Positions 1 through 9,118 of a stretch of 37,433 nucleotides of DNA are shown here, piece by piece. The notes below the pieces were generated by a model, which ran no database searches, had not been told where the DNA came from, and was given only the letters and a program-made list of their open reading frames with translations. Location: positions 1 through 37,433 of IMG/VR virus record IMGVR_UViG_3300025073_000021. One strand, written 5' to 3'. Within the stretch, counting starts at the first letter, position 1, and the number at the start of each line of letters is the position of its first letter. The stretch comes from a virus. Taxonomy: Duplodnaviria > Caudoviricetes. The translations under genes and the position numbers were made by a program.

Positions 1-127
1 GCATTAGCCACGGTTCTCAAAAGGAATCGTGGCTTTTTTTATTTATATGGCTGAAACAAATCCCAACGGAGCTAATCAGTATCAGTTAGACCCGAGGCAG
101 AAAATGTGTTGGGACTTTTACATAAAC
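1..127. repeat. Terminal direct repeat, copy 1 (circular-assembly overlap)
   Basis: Bases 1-127 (gcattagcc...tacataaac) are identical to 37307-37433. Confidence 0.95.
6..40 (+). terminator. Intrinsic terminator directly upstream of terS
   Basis: Stem agccacggttc/gaatcgtggct with a 7-nt loop, followed by a T7 run. Confidence 0.75.
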
Positions 128-589
128 CCTAAGTCAGAAACATTCTCAAACGCTTACAAATCCGCCTTAAAAGCAGGATACGAGGAAAGCACCGCATTAC
201 AGATAACAACGGAGAAATGGTTTACCGAAAGAGTGAGAAGAAACAATATGCTTTCAAAAGCTGAAAAAGTCTTAGACGAAATGCTTGAAATGCCTATAGA
301 AGTTCTTGAATGGGAAGGACGAGGGGAAGAAGCAGAGCAGATCGTAGTTACTAATCCAGCATTGGTCAAAGTAAAGCAAGACACAGCAAAGTTTGTTGCT
401 GAAAGACTAGGAAAAGATGATGGGTACTCAACAAGAAATGAAGTAACAGGAAAAGACGGAGAACGATTAGTCGAAGGTTTAACCAAAGAACAGCAAACTC
501 TCTTAGACACACTCCTCTATGATAAGCAAACAAGTAATGGACAAAGTAATACAGGGGACACAAGCAGAGAGAGCGTATCTGTGCAGTAA
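47..589 (+). CDS. terS: Terminase small subunit
   Basis: N-terminal HTH-like segment (ANQYQLDPRQ...NAYKSALKAGY) and C-terminal EVTGKDG motif; overlaps terL. ATG at 47 is preferred over GTG at 29, which lies inside the terminator stem. Confidence 0.85.
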   Translation: MAETNPNGANQYQLDPRQKMCWDFYINPKSETFSNAYKSALKAGYEESTALQITTEKWFTERVRRNNMLSKAEKVLDEMLEMPIEVLEWEGRGEEAEQIVVTNPALVKVKQDTAKFVAERLGKDDGYSTRNEVTGKDGERLVEGLTKEQQTLLDTLLYDKQTSNGQSNTGDTSRESVSVQ

Positions 590-1997
590 GGATTTTAAAT
601 ATTTTTTCATATATTACGCAGTAGATTACATCAAGTATAGTTTTGCTCCTTTTCACTACGAGATGTTCCAAGACCTTAATGACTTAATGGGAGATAGATA
701 CCGAGAGCTACTATGGCTCATGTTCCGAGAGAGTTCAAAAACAAGTTTTGCAAAGATTTTCCTGTTGTGGCTCATAACATTTAACAAACGTAGATATATA
801 AATGTAGACAGTTTTGACAAAGAGAATGCTGAACGAATCCTGTTTGACATCGTAGTAGAGATGCAGACCAATCCGAGATACAAGAGCGACTATGGGGAGA
901 TGTACAACGCTAAAAGAAACGCTGACGAAGTAACACAGAAACGAGTAAGTAACTTTATAACAAATAACGGAGTGCGTGTAGAAGCTCACTCAACACAAGA
1001 GAGTGTTCGAGGACGTATTCACGGACATCAACGACCTGACTTTCTATTACTAGATGATTTTGAAACAAACAAGACTAAAGATTCTAAAGCCTACACCGAA
1101 CAAGTAATTAAACACATAGACGAATTTAAAACAGGCTTAGATTCAACAGCAAAGATTATTTATTTAGGAAACTACATCACTGAGTACGGGTCGATACAAA
1201 CGCTATTGGATAGAGCAAAGACTGACGAGAAATTAAAAGTACGAAACGTCCCTGTAGAAAAAGGTGGTCAACCTACATGGTCGGACAAGTACGTGATGAC
1301 TGATGCTGAGGCACAAGGGACAAATAAAGTCAGTTTAGAAGATAAAAAGAAACAATTTGGCTCACTCGTGTATTCAGCGGAAATGCTTAATCAACCCATA
1401 GACGAGAGTAGCCAAGAATTTTTTAAACAGAATTTCAAATACAAAACATTTGAGGAAGTTAGACGGATGAAGACACGCAAGTTTGCAACGATTGATTCTG
1501 CCTTAACTAAACATGCTGAATCAGACTTTACAGGGATTACCAAGAATTACGTCAGTGAGAATAACGATTGGCACTTGGACGCTCGCAGATACAAGATAAA
1601 TTCTAAAGAACTAATTAACTTGATATTCCAATTACATGATGAAGGCTTTGAAAAGATAGGAATTGAAGAAGGAGCTTTCACGCAGGCGGTGGAACCTTTT
1701 TTCCAAGATGAGTGCCGAGTGCGAAACAAATACCCCTATATTGTGAAGCTCAAGCATGGGGGAGTGATGAAAGAAACACGCATAAGAGGACTTATCCCAC
1801 GCTATGAAGCAGGACAGATTTATCACATCACAGGTACAAGTCAAGAGTTAGAGGAAGAACTACTTAAATTTCCAAAAGGATTACATGATGACGTTGCAGA
1901 CGCAACGCAATACCAGAACAAGATCGCTGAACCACCTATGAAACAAATTATGTATCAACAACAACCAATGGAATCAATATTTGATATAGGAAGCTAA
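519..1997 (+). CDS. terL: Terminase large subunit
   Basis: Variant Walker A (FRESSKTS), Walker B (RPDFLLLDD), RNase H-like nuclease motifs (ATIDSA...DFT; FPKGLHDDVAD). Confidence 0.95.
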   Translation: MISKQVMDKVIQGTQAERAYLCSKDFKYFFIYYAVDYIKYSFAPFHYEMFQDLNDLMGDRYRELLWLMFRESSKTSFAKIFLLWLITFNKRRYINVDSFDKENAERILFDIVVEMQTNPRYKSDYGEMYNAKRNADEVTQKRVSNFITNNGVRVEAHSTQESVRGRIHGHQRPDFLLLDDFETNKTKDSKAYTEQVIKHIDEFKTGLDSTAKIIYLGNYITEYGSIQTLLDRAKTDEKLKVRNVPVEKGGQPTWSDKYVMTDAEAQGTNKVSLEDKKKQFGSLVYSAEMLNQPIDESSQEFFKQNFKYKTFEEVRRMKTRKFATIDSALTKHAESDFTGITKNYVSENNDWHLDARRYKINSKELINLIFQLHDEGFEKIGIEEGAFTQAVEPFFQDECRVRNKYPYIVKLKHGGVMKETRIRGLIPRYEAGQIYHITGTSQELEEELLKFPKGLHDDVADATQYQNKIAEPPMKQIMYQQQPMESIFDIGS

Positions 1998-1998
1998 T

Positions 1999-3924
1999 AT
2001 GATAGAAGATTTAATTTTACAACAAGCTCTCAAAGAGTATCAGATAGCTTTGAAATATAGAGCACAGCGTATTTCTTCGTGGCATAAAAACGAAGATTTG
2101 TATTTACAGAGAAAAAAGAAAGAAATACAAGGTCGTCATAACATACTCTTGGGAGAAATGCAGGGATTTGTTGACACCTTGCTTTCAAAGATTGATGACG
2201 CACCGACAATCAAATTCTTGCCTACAGATGAAGCAGACACTCGCAAGGCTGATAAAGTTAGCAAGGCATGGGAGAAAGACAGTTCTATCACACAAGGCGA
2301 CTGGGCGTATAAAGACCTATTAGGTAAAAAACAATGCGGACTTTACGGTCGCACTGGATATAAATACTTCGCTGAAAGCGATCCTAAGTATAACTCAAAT
2401 CTCGTGTTGATTGATGTCTACGATCTCCTTGTTGACCCATTAGCAGGTGGTGAAGATATCGAGAAAGGAAAGTTCTGTGGACATGACAACATTTTCAAAT
2501 CAGTATATGAAATCGAGCAGAGTTCTTTGTATGACTCAAGACAGGTTTTACTTGCTAAATTAGGTCTTTCACGAGAAGTAACTGAAAAGAATGATAACGA
2601 ACTCAATGAGAAGACTAACCGTGCTTCTATTTTAGGTTTAACACCTGACAAATATCAGAGTGAAGAAACAATGAAACTCTGTGAGTGGTATACGACATAC
2701 AAAGGTACTCGCTTCTTAGTGACATTTGACCACCGCAGTAAGCATTGGCTACGAGTTGAAAAACTGAAAGAAATCTTTACCACACCTGAATACGCTAACG
2801 ATGACCCACTCTATCCCTTAGACTCATGGGCTTCTAATCCTGACATGTTTGAATTTTGGACTCCTTCACCCGCTGACCAGGTGCGAGAAACGATCGAAGC
2901 CAAATCACTACTTATCTCTCAAGCATTCGACAACAGAATGTATAACAACTTTGGCATGAAAGCCTATGACGTAAACGCATTTGTTAATCCTGCGTTATTA
3001 GAACCTCGTTGGGCTGGGCTAGTACCTGTCAATGTGAAAGAAGGCAACTCACTACAAAACAGTATTTACGAGTTCAGATATCCAGCGTTAGGAGATACGC
3101 AAGTGCTATATAACATCTTAGACACTGAAAAGAGCAAAAACTCTGGTATTACGCCAGCAACACAAGGTCTAGCTGAAGAAGATAAGAAAGTTGGCGTAAT
3201 GGAGGGGGAATTGGCACAAGCTGCTGACCGCATGGGGCTGTTTAACAAGAGCTATGGTCGCTTCTGGGTGAAGATGGGTAAACGATATTTGAACGGCTTG
3301 AAAGAACATTTAAATGAAGACATGGCAGTGAAGATGATAGGGGAGAAAGGTATTAGTTGGGACAAGGTTTGTAAGCAAGATTTAAACGCTGAATTTGATA
3401 TTGAGATTATCGGTGCAAACGCTGAACTCTCATCTGATGCAAGATTAACAAAACAAAAACTCACTGTTCTCCAGGCACAGGTTCAGAACCCGAACTTCAA
3501 CCCTAAAACACGTGATAGAAAGATTTTAGAAATAGCAGGATTTGAAACAAACGAAATCAACGACCTTCTTGATACCGACAACTTGGCAAACAAAGAAGTC
3601 TCTTTGGAAGCAGCGGAAGAAAACCAAAAGATGCTCAAAAAAGATGTAGAACCTAATCGTAATGCTGATACGGCTCATGTAAGAAAGCATTTAGACTTTG
3701 TACGATCTAACGAACTTAAACCAGAAGTACATGCTCGCATTCTAGCTCACATGAAACTAGAGGTAGACATCGCACGCAAGAACATGGTTGAGAACCTAAC
3801 ATTTCAAAAAGCACAGATGGGCGTATTGCCAGAAATGGGGCAGTCAGAACTTGGTCAACCTATGGGGATGGAAGATTTACCAGATAGTAATTTAGAACCA
3901 CAAACACTTTTAAATAACGTCTAG
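1999..3924 (+). CDS. Portal protein (P22-like)
   Basis: 641 aa directly after terL; helical, with an SGITPATQG motif and a Q/M-rich C-terminal tail. Confidence 0.85.
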   Translation: MIEDLILQQALKEYQIALKYRAQRISSWHKNEDLYLQRKKKEIQGRHNILLGEMQGFVDTLLSKIDDAPTIKFLPTDEADTRKADKVSKAWEKDSSITQGDWAYKDLLGKKQCGLYGRTGYKYFAESDPKYNSNLVLIDVYDLLVDPLAGGEDIEKGKFCGHDNIFKSVYEIEQSSLYDSRQVLLAKLGLSREVTEKNDNELNEKTNRASILGLTPDKYQSEETMKLCEWYTTYKGTRFLVTFDHRSKHWLRVEKLKEIFTTPEYANDDPLYPLDSWASNPDMFEFWTPSPADQVRETIEAKSLLISQAFDNRMYNNFGMKAYDVNAFVNPALLEPRWAGLVPVNVKEGNSLQNSIYEFRYPALGDTQVLYNILDTEKSKNSGITPATQGLAEEDKKVGVMEGELAQAADRMGLFNKSYGRFWVKMGKRYLNGLKEHLNEDMAVKMIGEKGISWDKVCKQDLNAEFDIEIIGANAELSSDARLTKQKLTVLQAQVQNPNFNPKTRDRKILEIAGFETNEINDLLDTDNLANKEVSLEAAEENQKMLKKDVEPNRNADTAHVRKHLDFVRSNELKPEVHARILAHMKLEVDIARKNMVENLTFQKAQMGVLPEMGQSELGQPMGMEDLPDSNLEPQTLLNNV

Positions 3925-3925
3925 T

Positions 3926-4270
3926 ATGTTTGATCTCTTACAAAAATTACAAGAAAAGTACGCTGATATACGAGGAGATCATACACCAAGCGTGAAACTA
4001 GAACTAGCAGAATTGAAACGAAGAATACTCGAAAACACTGAAATGGAAACGATTGTAAACAGCGTGGCAGGAAAAAAGCTACTCAAAACGGTCACTGATT
4101 ACATAGAAAAGATTGATACGACGTGCATGGACGAGCAAGTCAAAGCTGAAGTCAAGCTAGATTTATTAAAACAACGAAAAGCCTGGCTCACCGTCTTACG
4201 AGTTATGCTCGGAGGCAAGAGCCAATTAGAAGCGATTCGGACACAGATAAATACCTATTTAAATGATTAG
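3926..4270 (+). CDS. Small helical head-module protein
   Basis: 114-aa ORF between portal and scaffold, tightly coupled to the portal stop. Confidence 0.7.
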   Translation: MFDLLQKLQEKYADIRGDHTPSVKLELAELKRRILENTEMETIVNSVAGKKLLKTVTDYIEKIDTTCMDEQVKAEVKLDLLKQRKAWLTVLRVMLGGKSQLEAIRTQINTYLND

Positions 4271-4317
4271 ACCTTATGGGTCAATCATGGAGAGTCAACT
4301 CCTAATCAAATCTTTAT

Positions 4318-5184
4318 ATGTTAGAGATTATGTCTCAAAAAGGTGAAGAGCTTACACTTGAACAAAAAGCTACTTTGGATGCTATCGAGGCTGAACAAAA
4401 GCCAGAGGTAAAACCAGAAGAGGTTAGGCCTACGGAAGAAGTTAAGCCAGCAGAAGAAGTAAAACCAGTGGAGAAATCAGAACAGGTTATGCCTGATCCT
4501 GATGAAGACATTGATGAGGGTAGCACGAACGATACCCGCCAACCTAAATTCGTGCGGTTGGAAAAGCACTTAAAAATGCGGGACAAGTTGAAGGAAATGG
4601 AAGAAGAGCTTTTAGCTCTTAGATCCAAACCTCAAACTCCTACAACAGAGGCTAAGCAAGAAGAGGTCGCTGACGAAATCAAATCTTATGCGGAAGCAAA
4701 CGGATATGATGCCGAACAGACTAAAAAACTTGTAGAGCTTGTTGAAAAAGGTGCTTACAGTCGCCTAAAGAAAGAATTTGATGACAAGTTTAATCAGCTC
4801 AACGAAGTTGCTGAAAAAGCTAAGCGAGAAAATGAAGAAGTCCAACAAGAAAAAATTTGGACGAAACAATACGCTGAATTGCTTGAGAAGTTCCCTAACG
4901 AAAAGGAGCATATCGAGTCAATCAAAATAAGTTTGAAAAAACTTGCGTATTCAAAAGAATTTCATCAATCACCACTATCTGCCTCGTATCTTTATCTACG
5001 GGAAGTAGAAGGTCTCAAGCCTGCTACAAAGACTAAAACCGTAGAGAGTGGTACAGGTGGTCAATCAAAAGGTGGTATTGATTACGCTCGCATTATAGCT
5101 GACAACGACGAACAAGCGATTAGAAATATGTCATCAGAAGAATTCGTAGGATTACAAAAATATATTAAAGATAATAATTTATAA
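4318..5184 (+). CDS. Capsid scaffolding protein
   Basis: Acidic E/K/P-rich N-terminus, coiled coil, C-terminal IRNMSSEEF helix; immediately upstream of the capsid gene. Confidence 0.8.
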   Translation: MLEIMSQKGEELTLEQKATLDAIEAEQKPEVKPEEVRPTEEVKPAEEVKPVEKSEQVMPDPDEDIDEGSTNDTRQPKFVRLEKHLKMRDKLKEMEEELLALRSKPQTPTTEAKQEEVADEIKSYAEANGYDAEQTKKLVELVEKGAYSRLKKEFDDKFNQLNEVAEKAKRENEEVQQEKIWTKQYAELLEKFPNEKEHIESIKISLKKLAYSKEFHQSPLSASYLYLREVEGLKPATKTKTVESGTGGQSKGGIDYARIIADNDEQAIRNMSSEEFVGLQKYIKDNNL

Positions 5185-5186
5185 AT

Positions 5187-6386
5187 ATGAGTAATTCACT
5201 CGGAAACGGTTTGCTTAACAAAGCATACTGGTCAAAGAAAATGCAGGAATATCGCAAAAAGAAATTGGTTGCTATGGCAATCTGCGATGTTTCTGAAAAA
5301 GCTGGTCTCTCATCTGGAGATACCATTCATAAACCTTACTCATCTGAAGTAGTAGGTCAGTCTTATACAAAAGGTACAGCATTCACCGTACAAGATGTAT
5401 CAGCTGTTGATGACACATTGACAGTAAGTACAGCTCGTGTTGCTCCTTTCTACATTGATGATGTAGACAAAATTCAAAACTCTTATTCAGCTGCTGATGA
5501 ATTTAGTGGCAAAGCACAAGACAAACTCAATCGGTTTGTTGATGCTGATGTATTGGCTGAATATGCAAACGCAACATCATACATTGACGCAGGAGATGTT
5601 GGTGGCTCTGCTGGAACAAGTATCACTCCTGATACAACAAATATCAACAAGATTTTCACTGCTGCTGGACGCAAATTGAACTTGCTCAATGTAGCACCTG
5701 AAAATCGTTTTGCTGTTATCTCACCTTCAATTCTTGAAGTATTGCAACAATATACTGCAGGTAAAGATACTGCTGTTGGTGATAAGGTAATGGACAATGG
5801 CTATATTGGTTCACGCTTTGGATTTGATTTGTATGTTTCAAACAACTTGACCTATTCAGCTGTTTGGACTCCATCTGATAATCCTACAGCAGCTGAAACA
5901 TTTATCATCGGTGGTGTAACCTTCACTTTTAAAGCAGACACAATGACTGCTGGTGCATTGCACATCTGTTCTGACACTGAAAACACTTTGGCAAATATGG
6001 CTGTAGCTTTGAACGCTCCTGCTACTGCGATTGTAGAAGCTACTAATGCTGGTTATGGTGCTTTGAGTGCTGCTAACCAAGCTAAGTTGGAAGGTATAAC
6101 TGCTACTGCTACTTCTACTGCTTTGACTATCACCTTCCCAGGTGGCGGTGAAACAGTTGGTGGCGGTACTGCACAAGGTACATGGTCATCTGAAATCGTA
6201 CACATGCTCTTTGGTCAAAAAGGTGCAACAGCTTTGGTTATGCAAAAAGAACCTAGCATTGAGATCAAAGATGTGTCTGACAAACTCGGAAAGAACTTTG
6301 CTCCCTGGATGCTCTATGGTTTGAAAACTTGGAACAATAACAAAGAATTACTTGTTGACGGACGTATACTCGCAACAGCACTTTAA
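5187..6386 (+). CDS. Major capsid protein (HK97 fold, P22-coat-like) with an inserted beta domain
   Basis: GDTIHKP, FYIDDVDKIQ, NRFAVISP, GYIGSRFGFDLYVSNN and LYGLK motifs; Ala/Thr/Gly-rich insertion at about aa 222-335. Confidence 0.9.
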   Translation: MSNSLGNGLLNKAYWSKKMQEYRKKKLVAMAICDVSEKAGLSSGDTIHKPYSSEVVGQSYTKGTAFTVQDVSAVDDTLTVSTARVAPFYIDDVDKIQNSYSAADEFSGKAQDKLNRFVDADVLAEYANATSYIDAGDVGGSAGTSITPDTTNINKIFTAAGRKLNLLNVAPENRFAVISPSILEVLQQYTAGKDTAVGDKVMDNGYIGSRFGFDLYVSNNLTYSAVWTPSDNPTAAETFIIGGVTFTFKADTMTAGALHICSDTENTLANMAVALNAPATAIVEATNAGYGALSAANQAKLEGITATATSTALTITFPGGGETVGGGTAQGTWSSEIVHMLFGQKGATALVMQKEPSIEIKDVSDKLGKNFAPWMLYGLKTWNNNKELLVDGRILATAL

Positions 6387-6411
6387 TTCACTGATTAAAA
6401 ACGAAAACGAT

Positions 6412-7152
6412 ATGAATATAAATAAAATGTTGACTGCAGTGATCGTTTTGTTGGTGGCTGTGCTGGGGTTGAGTGTGTATCTGGTCATGCCAAGCAAAAA
6501 ACTTGGCGGACAATATAACACTAATTACGCCTATTTCAACGGGCTTACCAATAGTGGGGCTACGGTACTTAGTGGGACAAATACTGTAAGTGGAGACACA
6601 ACCTTTACGGGAGCTGCAACCTTTAGTGGTGAGGTGACTGGAATTGCAACATCTTCACTTTCCACTCTAACGGTAACCGGAGCGAGTGTTCTCAATGGTG
6701 GATTGACGATGGATACCTCGGCTTTCACTGTGGCAGACACAAGTGGAAACACATCTATCGGGGGAACATTAGGCGTAACAGGAGTATCTACTCTTGCAAC
6801 AACGACCGCAACATCATTTACAGCTTCATTGCTCGCCAATCTTAACGGCGGGATTGCTGTAGACACTTCTGTTTTTACGGTTGATGGTATAACAGGAAAT
6901 ATCTCAACGAATGGCACGTTAGCTGTCACTGGTAACGCGTACAGTCTAGAAAATATGTCTGTTGGTACGACAACCATGACATACGATTTGTGGGTGACTA
7001 ACGGTGCTAATACCTCAACATTAGCAGTTGGTGGAGCTGGAAGTTCATTAGTATCAAAGATATGCGCTTGGAGTGGAACCTATTTCGTTATTGGTTCACC
7101 TTCAACAACTGGCGCAGGAATGGATTATACAACCTCAACTGTTTGTCAGTAA
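6412..7152 (+). CDS. Membrane-anchored or signal-peptide beta-rich fibre/decoration protein
   Basis: ATG at 6412, hydrophobic segment MLTAVIVLLVAVLGLSVYLVM then KKLGG, Thr/Gly beta repeats, C-terminal Cys pair. Confidence 0.75.
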   Translation: MNINKMLTAVIVLLVAVLGLSVYLVMPSKKLGGQYNTNYAYFNGLTNSGATVLSGTNTVSGDTTFTGAATFSGEVTGIATSSLSTLTVTGASVLNGGLTMDTSAFTVADTSGNTSIGGTLGVTGVSTLATTTATSFTASLLANLNGGIAVDTSVFTVDGITGNISTNGTLAVTGNAYSLENMSVGTTTMTYDLWVTNGANTSTLAVGGAGSSLVSKICAWSGTYFVIGSPSTTGAGMDYTTSTVCQ

Positions 7153-7153
7153 G

Positions 7154-7190
7154 TTCTCCTTGCCTCTCAAAACTGGGGGGCAGGATAGGA
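7154..7190 (+). other. Intergenic RNA hairpin with a C/AU internal loop (candidate processing site)
   Basis: ttct-c-cttgcctctc/ggggggcagg-at-agga; G-U pairs indicate the + strand; no U-tract. Confidence 0.55.
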
Positions 7191-7209
7191 TTTATTTAAT
7201 AATTTATAT

Positions 7210-7602
7210 ATGAACACACATTTCATCAAAGAAATCAGGGCGGCTGCGATTTTAACTACAAGTTATGTAGCAGCCACAGTTTTAGGAGGAGGACGGGATG
7301 AGGCTTTAGTTCCAGAGTATAACGAACTAGCGGCATATTTTATTTATACAAAAGGGTCTTTGACTTCTTTGGAAGTAAAGATTGAGTCGTCACTCGATGG
7401 CACAAATTACGTTACAGAAACGAATGTATCTGTATCAGGTACGACTAACACCATGAGCAAAGGTGAATATACAACTACAGAAGATGGAAATTTTAAAATC
7501 ACTGTTCCAATGTCAGCACGATTTGTAAAAGTTAGTGCAAAAGGTACAGGTACAACAACAAGTTCGTCATTAGCTATCCAGGCAATGTTACATTATGTCT
7601 AA
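7210..7602 (+). CDS. Small beta-sandwich virion (decoration-like) protein
   Basis: 130 aa with VKIESSLDGTNY and RFVKV beta motifs; located in the head module. Confidence 0.65.
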   Translation: MNTHFIKEIRAAAILTTSYVAATVLGGGRDEALVPEYNELAAYFIYTKGSLTSLEVKIESSLDGTNYVTETNVSVSGTTNTMSKGEYTTTEDGNFKITVPMSARFVKVSAKGTGTTTSSSLAIQAMLHYV

Positions 7603-8431
7603 AACATACAGCAATCTTTCAAAGATTCAGTTAAGAAATGAAAAAGAACGTCTATTAGACGAATTGGTTTATTTTTCAGGCAAGTTAAATGAAGCTGAAG
7701 AACAAGCTAAAAAGATTGTAGATCGAGATGCCTATTTGACAGACTTACAGTTAAAAATTGAAAAAGAAGAAAATGTTTATAGCAAAGTTGTTTCTTCTAT
7801 CGAAGAAAAAAACGGAGAACTAGAAAAGCTAAAAGAAGAAAATCTAGTGGCTAAAGATAAATTAAAGATAGTAGAGGAATTGTTAAACAACGTGAGCTGT
7901 AATGGAGAGCAAGAAGTACAGAGATATAAAAATTTAATAAGTAATCTTGAGACTAAGTTGTCACAAATAAAAGAAACGGTGGAAGAGAAACAGCCATTGT
8001 TAGATTCAATAGTTAAACAAATTCAAACAGAGCAAGATTTATTGAATGATTTAACATCACAAAATATAGTTCTAGAGCAAAACATACTTGAATTAAATGA
8101 AGCTATCAAAGTATTGAGAGATGAAGAGACAGAAATAACAGCTAGAATCAATGATTCTCAAAATGAACTATCGATGGTTATTGAATGGGTACAAACCGCA
8201 AAAAAAGATTTAGAAACTATAACAACAAAAAAAGTAGAGACAGAACTAGAAATACAAAAACTTGATAAAAAACATCGTGAGCAATGCTTACTAAGAGAGG
8301 AAGAAATAAACGAGAGAGAAGGACTTTTAATACGGAGAGAAAACCTCATGGAGGGCAAAAGAAAAGAATTGATAGAAATAAAAAATGGATTAGAGAAATA
8401 TCACAACAAACCTATCTTGATGAATATCTAA
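7595..8431 (+). CDS. Long coiled-coil protein
   Basis: 278 aa, E/K/L-rich heptad pattern throughout. Confidence 0.75.
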   Translation: MSKTYSNLSKIQLRNEKERLLDELVYFSGKLNEAEEQAKKIVDRDAYLTDLQLKIEKEENVYSKVVSSIEEKNGELEKLKEENLVAKDKLKIVEELLNNVSCNGEQEVQRYKNLISNLETKLSQIKETVEEKQPLLDSIVKQIQTEQDLLNDLTSQNIVLEQNILELNEAIKVLRDEETEITARINDSQNELSMVIEWVQTAKKDLETITTKKVETELEIQKLDKKHREQCLLREEEINEREGLLIRRENLMEGKRKELIEIKNGLEKYHNKPILMNI

Positions 8432-8519
8432 TGTGACGTATTACAACAGAAAAAATGATATTGGATTATTCCAGCAATAAATAAACGTAATTTAAAAGAG
8501 TCAAAATCGAAGAAATAAT

Positions 8520-9113
8520 ATGAATATCTTAAAACACAAAATAACTAAAATTTCATCTCTAGTTGTTTTGGCTGGAGGTGCTTTGTTTGGCGGATATTAT
8601 AATCTACAACAATATGTGCCAGATGATTTGTATGTAGATACTGCTACAATCACTTCCGCAACCATAGACAATCTTACTTTTGTAACCAGTACACAAACCA
8701 CAGGCATGGTATATGGTGGGGCGACACGAGAAACGAAAACTATTACTTATAATTTTTCCGCAACGACTACTGGAGTTCAAACAATCCAGTTATTTAATTA
8801 TTCGTCTTTGATGCCAAACGAATCATCTGCACAAGTGTTGGTAAAAGTTACTTCAGCGAGTGATGCAACAAATGACACTGACACCTATGCAAAAGGTGTT
8901 TTAATGTATGGTTATGTAAAGAGAACTGACGGAGTTATATCAACAATAGCTACCCCAATGATGGCAAATACTTCTTGTTACAATGATGGCGTGGCGTGTT
9001 CTAGTTCTGGCTTACAACCAACACTTAATAATGTCATATTCAGTTTAGTAGGGCTGACTGGAAAGAATATGTATTGGAATGGAACAGTTGAATTTACTTA
9101 TCAAACTAACTAA
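8520..9113 (+). CDS. Signal/TM-leader beta-rich structural protein
   Basis: Basic N-terminus, hydrophobic SSLVVLAGGALFGG, Thr-rich body, Cys pair (SCYNDGVAC). Confidence 0.7.
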   Translation: MNILKHKITKISSLVVLAGGALFGGYYNLQQYVPDDLYVDTATITSATIDNLTFVTSTQTTGMVYGGATRETKTITYNFSATTTGVQTIQLFNYSSLMPNESSAQVLVKVTSASDATNDTDTYAKGVLMYGYVKRTDGVISTIATPMMANTSCYNDGVACSSSGLQPTLNNVIFSLVGLTGKNMYWNGTVEFTYQTN

Positions 9114-9118
9114 TTTAT

